Assembly (NCBI GenBank): GCA_963782525.1
Contig: CAWAKC010000003.1
Location: 224,001-288,000 of the forward strand
DNA length: 64,000 nt
Direction: 5' to 3'
Origin: Candidatus Bathyarchaeota archaeon
GTDB taxonomy: Archaea; Thermoproteota; Bathyarchaeia; Bathyarchaeales; Bathycorpusculaceae
Below are positions 11,075 through 20,466 of the stretch, one piece after another; position 1 is the first letter of the stretch; each line of letters starts with the position of its first letter. Under the pieces are notes generated by a model, which saw nothing but the letters and a program-made list of their open reading frames with translations, was not told the origin of the DNA and searched no databases. A program made the position numbers and the translations under genes.

Positions 11075-11788
11075 CTATATCCCTTTGTTTCCGAACTTGT
11101 TGTAATAGGCAAAATCTTCAATGTCGCGACGTACCCTCAGATACTTGGATGCCCCAGTAGGATAACCTAAACGGCAGCAATAGGCAATTTTTAGTTGATC
11201 AGGTATACCTAAAATCTTTTTAAGCTCTTTTTCCACTGGCGGCGCTGCGAAAGCACTCAGAATCTGCAAACTAATGCCCAGTGATTGAGCCATAAGCCAC
11301 ATGTTCTCCATCACACAGCCCAGACTCATGAATCCCAAAACGTCGCCTTCAGAAGCAGGTGCTCTCTTTTGGGGGTCATAAACCAAAATTAAAAGACATG
11401 GGCTACCCCTGATGGATTGAGTCAATGGCATGGGCTCGCTTTTGCGGGCAGCTTCTGACATTTTTGACGGATCTACCCATGCTGGCGGAAACATCGCTCC
11501 CAAAATTCCGGTCTTCTTCTTGAGCAATTCTTCCTTGGAGAACGAAAGCTGCTCATAATTTTCCCTTAGAAACACCTCTGAAATGCGGGATTTTACGTTC
11601 CCAATGATTTCTAAAATCTCTTTGTCTTCTACGACGATTACCTCGAAGTTTTGCATGTTATGCGCTGTTGGTGCCCATCGTCCAGCATCCAAGATTTGCC
11701 GCAAATCCTCTTTGGACACCTTTTGATTTGGGTCAAAGGGAACTCGGGCTGATTGTCTTTCTTGAATTATTCGTCGGACTTCATTCAT
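11075..11788 (-). CDS. Nitroreductase family protein
   Basis: RQSARVPF, AGRWAPTAHNMQ, ENMWLMAQSLG, LGYP. Confidence 0.9.
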   Translation of the reverse strand: MNEVRRIIQERQSARVPFDPNQKVSKEDLRQILDAGRWAPTAHNMQNFEVIVVEDKEILEIIGNVKSRISEVFLRENYEQLSFSKEELLKKKTGILGAMFPPAWVDPSKMSEAARKSEPMPLTQSIRGSPCLLILVYDPQKRAPASEGDVLGFMSLGCVMENMWLMAQSLGISLQILSAFAAPPVEKELKKILGIPDQLKIAYCCRLGYPTGASKYLRVRRDIEDFAYYNKFGNKGI

Positions 11789-12804
11789 TTTGATTCATCT
11801 TCCCTTTTTAATACTGCCCTAAAATGAACCTTCGCCGTCATCATTCGATCAAACGCAACTGCTGCTTGTTCAAGAGGAAAAACCTCTACCATTGGAACAA
11901 CATGTGTAAGAACACTGAAGTTTAGGGTATCAGCGGTGTTTCCTCCCACCCAACCACTAACGGACCGAACCGCACGCATCAGTTGTGTTGGAGAAATCTG
12001 CATAGGCTCATAAACGAAGGTAACAATGATTAGTTGTCCGTTGCGGGCAAGACCTTCAACGAGGTCTGCGATCGCCTTGCTGTTGGGAGCTGTGCAGAAT
12101 ATGGCTTTTGCACCACCAAGCTTCATCAGTTCCTCGCTGGGATTGGACTTTTCTGAGTCGATGTAGTATTTTGCGCCGAGCTTGCGCGCTAATTCTTCTT
12201 TTTCTTTGCCTCGGGAAACAACAGCGGTCTTCATGCCAAGTCTTACCGCGAACTGCAAAGCTAAATGTCCTAAGCCGCCGAGTCCTTGAATAGCCACTAA
12301 GTCTCCACCCTTTGCCGCGCTGCTCTTTATTGCTCCTAAAGTGGTTGCGCCAGCACACAGAAGTGGAGCAGCTTCCACAGAAGATAATTCGTCAGGGATA
12401 GGTGTTAAGACATCCATGCGGGCAACCATGTACTCAGCATATCCATCGTCGGTTGAAATGCCCGTTGCCAAGGGACTCTCGCAAGCCCAATAATCGCCCC
12501 TTAAGCATGACCTGCACTTTTTGCAGTGTCCGCCACGCCAGCCAACGCCGACTCGTTGCCCAACTTTCCAATAATGCGATTCTGAACCCAACTTGGCGAT
12601 CGTGCCAACAACTTCGTGTCCAGGAGTTCTTGGATACTGAAGCCCAGGGAAGCCTCCGTATTTGACGATGGCGTCGCCGTGGCATATTCCGCAGGCTTCT
12701 ACTTTTAACAGAACTTCGTGTTCTTGTGGTTCTGGAACATCATTTTGTACCAGAACAAATTCTCCGCCTGGATGATTAACCTGGATTGCTTTCATTAAAT
12801 TCAT
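11785..12804 (-). CDS. Zinc-dependent alcohol dehydrogenase
   Basis: CGICHGD, PGHEVVG, CxxCxxC structural Zn, PLLCAG, GLGGLGH. Confidence 0.95.
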   Translation of the reverse strand: MNLMKAIQVNHPGGEFVLVQNDVPEPQEHEVLLKVEACGICHGDAIVKYGGFPGLQYPRTPGHEVVGTIAKLGSESHYWKVGQRVGVGWRGGHCKKCRSCLRGDYWACESPLATGISTDDGYAEYMVARMDVLTPIPDELSSVEAAPLLCAGATTLGAIKSSAAKGGDLVAIQGLGGLGHLALQFAVRLGMKTAVVSRGKEKEELARKLGAKYYIDSEKSNPSEELMKLGGAKAIFCTAPNSKAIADLVEGLARNGQLIIVTFVYEPMQISPTQLMRAVRSVSGWVGGNTADTLNFSVLTHVVPMVEVFPLEQAAVAFDRMMTAKVHFRAVLKREDESK

Positions 12805-12872
12805 AAAATTACCTATTCAGCCTAACCGATTCTGAATATTTAAACATGCTTTTTCGTTAAACCATCCATTTT

Positions 12873-12903
12873 GTATACAAAAGCATCGCCCAACACACTT
12901 TTT
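12873..12903 (+). repeat. Asymmetric 26-30-bp repeat, copy 1
   Basis: gtatacaaaagcatcgcccaacacactttt. Confidence 0.9.
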
Positions 12904-13651
12904 GCTCTAACCCTTGCGCTCGCCTCAAAAAACTGCAAAGATAGTTAAAAATTGCGAAAAATTCGAAATCGAGCGAACTATATATAATCATACATTTAAT
13001 TTGGAACATAAATCGGGGAATCTTCGATTTTTCTAAAGCCGCAGGGCGAAATTGGAAAAAAAAGCAGGTGACTCAAGTGAACGATTAAGTTAAGTTTTCT
13101 TAGTTAGACTTCGGGTCGGACCATTAAGGCTCTCAGATGATAAAAACAGCATAAAACAACTCTCAATTATGTTTTTTTGCTAACACGCTTTGAGCCAGCC
13201 GCTGGTTTAGATGCTCCTTTGACACCATAATCTTTCATTCGGCACCTTGACCTGCTCAATTCACAGCGTTCAGACTATCTTTTTAGTCAACAGGTATGCC
13301 GATTAATTAGTTGCTCGTGTCTTCCTGCGCTAAAGTTTTGCTCTTCAGAAGCGTGAGAGCGTTTTGCTTTGCGAAAAACAATCGAATGTACATTTTTTAC
13401 ATTAAAAAGTTAAAAAAGCACTAATGTAATTAAATGAAATTAGTCATAACTGTCTATTTATTCGTCCACACTTCTGTTTTTGCAATAGGATCACCGAAGA
13501 ATAGCGAAATTTTACAAATCAAACAGAAAACTCGAAAAAATGGGGAAGACTATTTCAGAAAGGCCAAACTATAGATTTTAAACCGAAGTCAAAAAAAAAG
13601 GGTGCCGAAAAATGGTTTGGGGAAAGTAACCGAAGCTTGCAAAGGAGTTAC

Positions 13652-13681
13652 AAAATGTGTTTGGGTGATGCTTTTGTATAC
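13652..13681 (-). repeat. Asymmetric repeat, copy 2
   Basis: Reverse complement gtatacaaaagcatcacccaaacacatttt; identical to copy 4 over 30 bp. Confidence 0.93.
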
Positions 13682-13772
13682 CGTTTCCACTCATGCCCCA
13701 CCTCGCTATCAAACCCAATCTTCTATCGACATAATTTTTGCGCTCTTTGCTTCAATTTTTGGAGAACTGCTT

Positions 13773-14474
13773 ATGAGTGTTGAACGGAATCTGTTAATTT
13801 CAATCCTAAAATTAACCAAAGAAGGACCAGTTTTAATTGAAAATGTCAATAAAGAGGCAAGGATACCATCCACTGTTTCATTGGAGTTGCTGGAAAAACT
13901 GCAAAACGAAGACCTCCTTTATCTAAACAACGGCATTATAGAAGCAGAAAGTAGCAGCAGAATCAAATTAGCAGTTAAAGCAGTATCTCAAGGAGCAGTC
14001 ATCGAACATATCAGTAACCTACTTTGCTGGCAAGAGTTTGAAGAAATCGCCGCCATAGCGCTCAAAAACAACGGGTACATTGTGAAAAATAATGTAAGGT
14101 TCAAACATGGAACCAAACGATGGGAAATAGATGTGGTGGGCTGCAAAAAACCCCTGGTTGTCTGCATTGATTGTAAGCATTGGCAGCATGCAATTTCATC
14201 GTCGGCTTTGAAGCGAATAGTTGATTTGCAATCGCAGAGAACTCACGCCCTAGCGGATTCATTACCCAATCTTAAATTAAAATTTGAATGTGATAAGTGG
14301 GAAAAAGCCAAGTTTATCCCAACCGTGCTGTCGCTTGTCCCCAGCGCTTACAAATTCTACGACAACCTGCCGGTGGTCCCCGTTCTCCAGCTTCAAGATT
14401 TTATATGTCAACTGCCAGCCTATATAGGGGAATTAAAAATTTTTTCCAAAACCTTCAAAACGCTTAAGACATAA
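13773..14474 (+). CDS. Winged-helix + Mrr-like PD-(D/E)XK restriction endonuclease-fold protein
   Basis: WQEFEEIAA..L..NGY, RWEIDVVG, CIDCKHW; N-terminal HTH-like segment. Confidence 0.8.
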   Translation: MSVERNLLISILKLTKEGPVLIENVNKEARIPSTVSLELLEKLQNEDLLYLNNGIIEAESSSRIKLAVKAVSQGAVIEHISNLLCWQEFEEIAAIALKNNGYIVKNNVRFKHGTKRWEIDVVGCKKPLVVCIDCKHWQHAISSSALKRIVDLQSQRTHALADSLPNLKLKFECDKWEKAKFIPTVLSLVPSAYKFYDNLPVVPVLQLQDFICQLPAYIGELKIFSKTFKTLKT

Positions 14475-15332
14475 CTTTTAGGATTGAAGTTTTAGCAAGC
14501 TTAAATGCTGGATAAAGGATTAAGATGAACATTATAATTAAGGCTGCAAGTAACCACAAGGCTATTTCCGCAATAGTAAGGCTAGTAACAAGAGGATTAG
14601 TCATTAAAATCATCAAAGTTGTAATCATGCCGAACGAAATGCCCACGGCAAAACTGGAAAAAAGCACAATTGCCGCTTGAATCGCTGAAATATTGATTAT
14701 TATTCTTGGTTTGGCGCCTACAGCTCGCAAAATGACGAATTCTTGGCGTTGCTCGTCCATCGCAAGAATCATAAAACCCACAACACACAATGCCAGCTGA
14801 AGCTAAGATAAAAAGTGGTAGAAGCATTATTGATTGCCAAGTTGAACCCAGAAAAGCCAAGTTTTGAGTCACTACTCCGCTAAGATCAAAGCCGTCTAAG
14901 TCTGTATTAGTCGCTTTAACCATGTTTCTTATTTCGCTGATTAACGTTTCTCGGTTAACTGAATTGTTTAGCTTAATTAACAGCAGGTTAGGGAAGGCGA
15001 CGTTTTCTGCGACCGTCAAAGTAGAAACCAAGTTGTAGCCTTGAAAAACAAAACCTACTAGATTACAGCGAAAATCAGCCAGGAAATCCTCATCTTTCTC
15101 TGTTAAATCTTGCTCGGCAACGATTATTTTTCCTTTCGTAGGCCTGTCAACTCCACTTATAATGTTGAGGAGGGCGGTTTTTCCTGATCATGAAAACCCA
15201 CATATAACGGACGAATTTTGCCCGTGGAATCTCTAGATTTATGTCTTTTAGAACAGTAACTTTGATGTTGCCCAATTCGTAAGTCTTTTCCAAGGCCTGT
15301 GTAGAAACCATTAGTCCATTATCTTGGCTCAT
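14464..15332 (-). pseudogene. Collapsed ABC transporter locus: LolD/MacB ATPase N-terminus fused to permease C-terminus
   Basis: Degenerate Walker A (SGKTALLNII), GFVFQGYNL..LTVAENV, joined directly to the FtsX-type tail EQRQEF..LRAVGA; several frameshifts. Confidence 0.8.
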
Positions 15333-15406
15333 TAAAGCTTACCTGCTTTCGCTGATTAATCGTCAGTTGTCTTAAGGTAATAAGTTTGTGGTACGTTTAC
15401 TTGGCT

Positions 15407-15844
15407 CTACTGCTGATAGCTTGTGTCGATGTTGAGGTTTCCTCTATCCCGCTTAAGAATCCTTACCTTGTCTGGGAGCTTGGTTTTTTCCCAGTCCGTC
15501 CAGCTGATTTCTTTGAACAGCCACCGTTTGCCCAGATGCGCTGCGACTACAGCGTGTTTGTTTTCGTTGCCTGCTGGTATGAATTGGTCGAGGAAACGGA
15601 AAAGTTTGTCGATCTGCATTCTTGGGAAATATGCGTAGTAGGTGGCGTTTTTTACTTCGAATGCGTACATATGTTTGCCTTTGCGGGCCATGACGTCTGG
15701 TAAGGGGTTGAGGCTTGGGTTGCTTACGGGGATGCGGACAGCGTTGTAGCCTTTTTTCTGCAGGAGTTTGACTAGGACGGTTTCGCTGTAAAATCCTCTT
15801 TTGCGCCAACGCCTAAGTTTGATGCGGTCAATTTCAGTGGTCAA
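15407..15844 (-). CDS. Hjc/Hje-like Holliday junction resolvase
   Basis: RKRGFYSE..LVKLLQKKGYNAVRIPVS..LPDVMA..AFEVKN (E-PD-ExK). Confidence 0.82.
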   Translation of the reverse strand: MTTEIDRIKLRRWRKRGFYSETVLVKLLQKKGYNAVRIPVSNPSLNPLPDVMARKGKHMYAFEVKNATYYAYFPRMQIDKLFRFLDQFIPAGNENKHAVVAAHLGKRWLFKEISWTDWEKTKLPDKVRILKRDRGNLNIDTSYQQ

Positions 15845-15914
15845 CGATTGTCCCTTTCTTGCATGTATCTATTGGAGCTCTTGAGATAAAAAATTGTTCC
15901 CTTAGAGCATTGAA

Positions 15915-15943
15915 AAAATGTGTTTGGGGATGCTTTTGTATCC
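15915..15943 (-). repeat. Asymmetric repeat, copy 3
   Basis: Reverse complement ggatacaaaagcatccccaaacacatttt. Confidence 0.88.
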
Positions 15944-17579
15944 AACACGTTTAGAAGGTGAGATTGGAGACTGCTGGTGAACATAAATATCTTATGTATT
16001 ACTAATACAACCATAATCACCAATAATGTATTTGGCAACATTCACCGGTTAAAAATAATGGGTATTTAGACTACAGTAAGCACCTGAAAAGCCATCGTTG
16101 ACTTGAAAGAGAGCTCGATACAATGTTTATCTTAGAACCCAAAAACATGAACAAACCGCCGTCAACCCAAAAAATAAGAACAAAAACGTCCTATGAAAAA
16201 CAGAAACGCCGCAGAAGTAGCAAAAATCAGCCGAAGAAAAAAAACCAAAAAATGGCTCAGCCCCCTACTGGAAAACAGCCTGAAAAAAAGATTTCCTTAA
16301 AAGTTGCTTACAAACCCAAAAAGATGACAAAAAAAATTGGTAGCCACAGAATTTCAGAATAAATTTTTATGCAAAAAATTAGCAAAGTTTTCATTACTAG
16401 CAAAAAAAGGCGTTTTTCTTCGAAGGATAGCCGAAAAAATAGGCTTTGGCTTCGCATGGAGATTTTCGAAGGTACTTATATGAGGCTCCGGTAATGTCCA
16501 TGCCAGTTGTTTTGGACCTAAGTGATTAAGCCTTAATTGAAGGTATTTCATTATTTTAGGCTTAAATTGAGCGTTTAGATTATGTTTTCCATAGAAAAAA
16601 ATCACGGTTTTTTGTATTAACCGCATTTCGGAGCAAAACAACCACTATGACATAGGTTTAATCCAAAAAAATCCCAAATAGGAGTTATTTAGAGAAAAAA
16701 AGCTTAACGGCAGCCCGTAAATTTTGTGGCAAAAAATTTTTCCGCTTTTGTCAGAATTGATTTTTTTTAATCTTAATTTTCCAAAACTCACAAGTGTTTA
16801 TGCAACTTAGACTTTTTGTCTTGCAAAATGAAAAAAGTAATCGAACAAACAAAGGTCAATTGCTTAATGCTGTTTTACAAACCTAATGCGATCTAATGGA
16901 AAAAAATCTTTGGCGCTGTGGTTGTTTTTTCTAAGACCACATCCAGAATTTTCAGATTTGCTTCGTGACATACTCAGTCGCATTGAAATTACTGAAAAGA
17001 AAAATAACCTCACCAACTCTCACTTGAAACTTACAAATGGGTTTTCTAGCCACTTTTCTTTTAAGAACTGAAAAATGATTTGCTGGTGCAGAGTTTGGGT
17101 TTTCTAGTGGTTGCCTAAGTTAACGGAATTTCTCTTTGACAAAAAAATCGTTGCAATAGTAAGCGACAGTTGAGCAAGCAAGTGTTGATGTTTTCGTTTT
17201 AATGAAAATGAGTGTTTGACGGTTCTGTGGCTGCATGATTTTTTAACTTCTGTTCAAGCAAGACTGCAATACTGCAGGTGTTAGACAAGTCCCTATCTGC
17301 CCAATGTTGTAGGGGTTGCTTGATTGAAAAACAACTTTCAGTGTTATCGGTGAAAATTGTATTGCTCGCAAAAACATCCATCACTAAGCACAACCGACCT
17401 CACGTGTAACATTCAGCCTGCAGATCAACCAAACTATCCCCTATGGGAAAAGATTTAATTCATTTGAGAGTCTCTTAAGAAGATCTAAGAAATTTGGAAA
17501 TCGTCGATAGCAAAAATCGCTAGTTGAAGTAAATGTTTTGATTTCGCGAACAAAACACACTTGGGAACTCAAAGTTTCT

Positions 17580-17609
17580 GTATACAAAAGCATCACCCAA
17601 ACACATTTT
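17580..17609 (+). repeat. Asymmetric repeat, copy 4
   Basis: gtatacaaaagcatcacccaaacacatttt. Confidence 0.93.
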
Positions 17610-17672
17610 TTACTTTAAGTTCTAGAAAACTTTTTCAGAAATAAACCGATACAAACCATGAGGATAGTTGCA

Positions 17673-18089
17673 ATGTCAAATTTCAAAGTAGTAACAAAAG
17701 CAACCAAGTTCACCACACAAGGAGAAATAGACTTTATAGATTTATCAGACCAGGTCCAAAAAGAAGTCTTTGATTCAGGAATCAGAAACGGAATCGTTCA
17801 TGTTTTTTCTCCACACGCAACCGGAATTTTGGTTCTGACAGAAAATGACGATGCCCTCCTCGAAGACATCAAAGTTTTCCTTGAAGAATTGGCGCCAAGA
17901 CGTGGTCGGTATAAGCATCCGTCTAATGCCCACTCGCATTTGCGATCGATGCTTCTTCCCCCTGACAAGACGCTGCCTATAGTTGATGGGAAGGTTGAGT
18001 TTGGGACTTGGCAGTCTCTGCTCTTTGTTGAAACCGATGTGTACCCCCGGGAACGAAAAGTTATTATCCAAGTCTTGGGCGAGGGATAA
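17673..18089 (+). CDS. yjbQ: YjbQ/UPF0047 secondary thiamine-phosphate synthase
   Basis: PHATG..ENDD, HPSNAHSHLRS, FGTWQSLLFVE.D..R.R. Confidence 0.9.
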   Translation: MSNFKVVTKATKFTTQGEIDFIDLSDQVQKEVFDSGIRNGIVHVFSPHATGILVLTENDDALLEDIKVFLEELAPRRGRYKHPSNAHSHLRSMLLPPDKTLPIVDGKVEFGTWQSLLFVETDVYPRERKVIIQVLGEG

Positions 18090-18607
18090 AATTTAGTTTG
18101 CCCCCCGATTTCAAATCCACAATTGTTAAGAATTTTAGATTTCGTTCTTCGTAAAAGCAAAATATCTAATGAAATATGAAAGTTTAACAATTTAAAGCTA
18201 AATACCCAAGGTTGAATAGGCTATTTTTACTATTTATTGTAAAAAGCGCTTAATCGAACTGAATTCGCAGACTGAAAACAGAAACAAAATAGAAACAAAG
18301 TGCTAACAGCAGCCCTGACGCCTAAAAACCAAAAATAAAGCTACGTAAAATCAGTCAAAGAAAATGAAAAGGCTAAACTTATAGCCAAAAAGTAGCTTTT
18401 GCAAATAATTCTCCGCTAAATTCAACCATAAATGCCAAATGCGCACGCTAATGTCCATTTGCTTTACGTTAATTCAATTCAGATTTTGACAAGAATTCAT
18501 TTTTGCAAAGCAAAAAAGTGTAGGAAGAGATTGGATACTCCCTTTTCAGGTTTCCTTCAGCTTCACAACTGCATGATTATATAAGCTTCGGAGAAATTCG
18601 GAAAAAC

Positions 18608-19348
18608 TTAGCCTTTCCGCTCCGTCCGAATCCGCTTTGATGATCCTTTAGGCCGCATGCGCGCTTTCTTCTTAACTTCAGCTCTCTGCGAAGGCTTTTC
18701 TTCCAAAGCATCAGGCTGCATTTCTTCTATGGGTAAAACGTCGACAGCCTCGGAAAAATCTTCAATAGTTGCCTGTTGTGCCCCATTTTGTTGCATCGTT
18801 TCTATGGCTCTATCCACATCGCCTGGTTCAGCATTAATGCCTAAGGTTGCGTCCATGAGGACGACCACTTCAAAACCAAGCTTGCAAGCGTCAACAACTG
18901 TGTTCACGACGCAGTAATCCGTTGCTAATCCACCGACAAAAAGCCGTTTGACGCACAGGGTTTGAAGGTCGTGTTCAAGGCTTGTGCTGTCAAAAGATGA
19001 GTAAGCTTCCCGTTCAGGGTTTGTACCTTTGGAAATAACAATTGTGTGGGGGGACAGTTTGAGATCAGGACTAAATTTTGCTCCAGCCGTTTCTTGCACA
19101 CAATGTGGTGGCCATGGACCACCCTGCGCCTCAAAAGAAACATGGTTTTGGGGGTGCCAGTCTCTCGAAGCTAAAACATGCCCGTTCGCTTCTACAAAAC
19201 GTCGTATGTAATCGTTCAGGACGGGGATAATTTTGTCACCGTCGTCGATGGGTATGGCTCCGCCGGGCAAAAAATCTTTCTGGATGTCGGTGATTAAAAG
19301 GGCATCAGAGTTTTTTATAACATAGTTTTTACTCAAACAAGTCACCAT
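18608..19348 (-). CDS. pncA: Nicotinamidase/pyrazinamidase
   Basis: DIQKDFLPGG, RDWHP..H, WPPHCVQ, KG....EAYSSF, GLATDYCV. Confidence 0.92.
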   Translation of the reverse strand: MVTCLSKNYVIKNSDALLITDIQKDFLPGGAIPIDDGDKIIPVLNDYIRRFVEANGHVLASRDWHPQNHVSFEAQGGPWPPHCVQETAGAKFSPDLKLSPHTIVISKGTNPEREAYSSFDSTSLEHDLQTLCVKRLFVGGLATDYCVVNTVVDACKLGFEVVVLMDATLGINAEPGDVDRAIETMQQNGAQQATIEDFSEAVDVLPIEEMQPDALEEKPSQRAEVKKKARMRPKGSSKRIRTERKG

Positions 19349-19479
19349 TTTTAAAATCGTTTTGTTATGCTAAAACTAACTTAATTAACGTGAAGATATG
19401 GATAAACTTTTTTACCATTTGTTTTTGCCGGCATGGAAAGGTAATTAAGGCTTCATGAGACTATTTTGTGGTGAAAAAG

Positions 19480-19750
19480 TTGGCAATTTTAGCGTATGTT
19501 CTTTTCAAAGTGGCTTCAGGAACCGAAAGAGCGGTTGCCCAAAAAACTTACCGAATTCAAAGAAGTTAAGGAGGCAGACATTGTTTTCGGTGAATATGAT
19601 GTAATTGCAAGCTTGACGATTGATAGCTTGGAAAAGCTGGAAGAGTTCGTTTCAGAAAGCATCAGGAACGTTCCAAACGTGCTCGTTACTTCGACGATGA
19701 TTATTTCAAGAGAGTATAAGGGCAAGAATACTAAACCAAAAGTCAAGTAG
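19480..19750 (+). CDS. Lrp/AsnC ligand-binding (RAM) domain protein; frameshift in the A6 run at 19541-19546
   Basis: MAILAYVLFKVASGTERAVAQK / LTEFKEVKEADIVFGEYDVIA..TSTMI; GGTGA RBS. Confidence 0.85.
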
Positions 19751-20386
19751 TTTATATTTGAATTTTAATGTTCAGTTCTTCAGGACCAAATTTTAGCGTA
19801 GCTTTTTTCGACTAGAGACAGCGCCCTTCGTTAGTCAGGTGGCTTCACTATAAACTCCTCTATGGTAAATTATGAATATTTCAGCTATTTTGATCATATA
19901 ATCATGGATGGTTTTAACTCTTTAGTGTAAAAAATTAACGTTCGATAGTTTTTCGCTTAACAACGAAGGTCCACTCAGCCTAAACGCGTAAACTTAGCAA
20001 CCCAGTTGAGCTAACGACTTAACCCAAAAAAACAAAACGCGCTTCTTAAGAAGAAATAAAGTTCTAAAAAAAAATTTATGAGCCCGAGAAAACGGGAAAT
20101 CGCAGTGATAACAGATTTTACCTGACTTTGCTGTCTGCTTTAATCGCTTGAAATGGATATTGCGACCAGTCTCTCAGAAAAACCATGTTCAACCGGGAGC
20201 CAAAACGGAGATTTTTTGTGTTTACCGATTATTTTGGACCTGAAATCAAAAATTAACAACTTGCTCTTGCCATAACTGTGAGATTCCTTATTTTAGCTTA
20301 GGCAACAAACAATGAATATATAAGGTTCGTTGAACTTCGATTATTTTGCATTTTTTAGACTGCCAGAATGCGGTTTGAACTTTTTC

Positions 20387-20412
20387 TATGTTTGGGCGAT
20401 GCTTTTGTATAC
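20387..20412 (-). repeat. Asymmetric repeat, copy 5
   Basis: Reverse complement gtatacaaaagcatcgcccaaacata. Confidence 0.9.
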
Positions 20413-20466
20413 AGCCAAGGATATGCTTATCTTTCAACCAAGCCATAACAGTAATCAGGCGTCTGT

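Noticed and set aside
12873-13681. Repeat copies 1-2 as a MITE with TIRs
   Set aside because: No target-site duplication, the interiors of the pairs are unrelated and one copy is unpaired; not fully excluded without the rest of the genome.
16123-17393. Short ORFs in the long spacer, and the many antisense ORFs in the track
   Set aside because: Low-complexity translations of A-tracts or shadows of real genes; no motifs or RBS.
12873-20412. The 30-bp repeats as a CRISPR array or as canonical ORBs
   Set aside because: Spacing is 0.8-2.8 kb with mixed orientation and genes in between; no ORB consensus and no cdc6.
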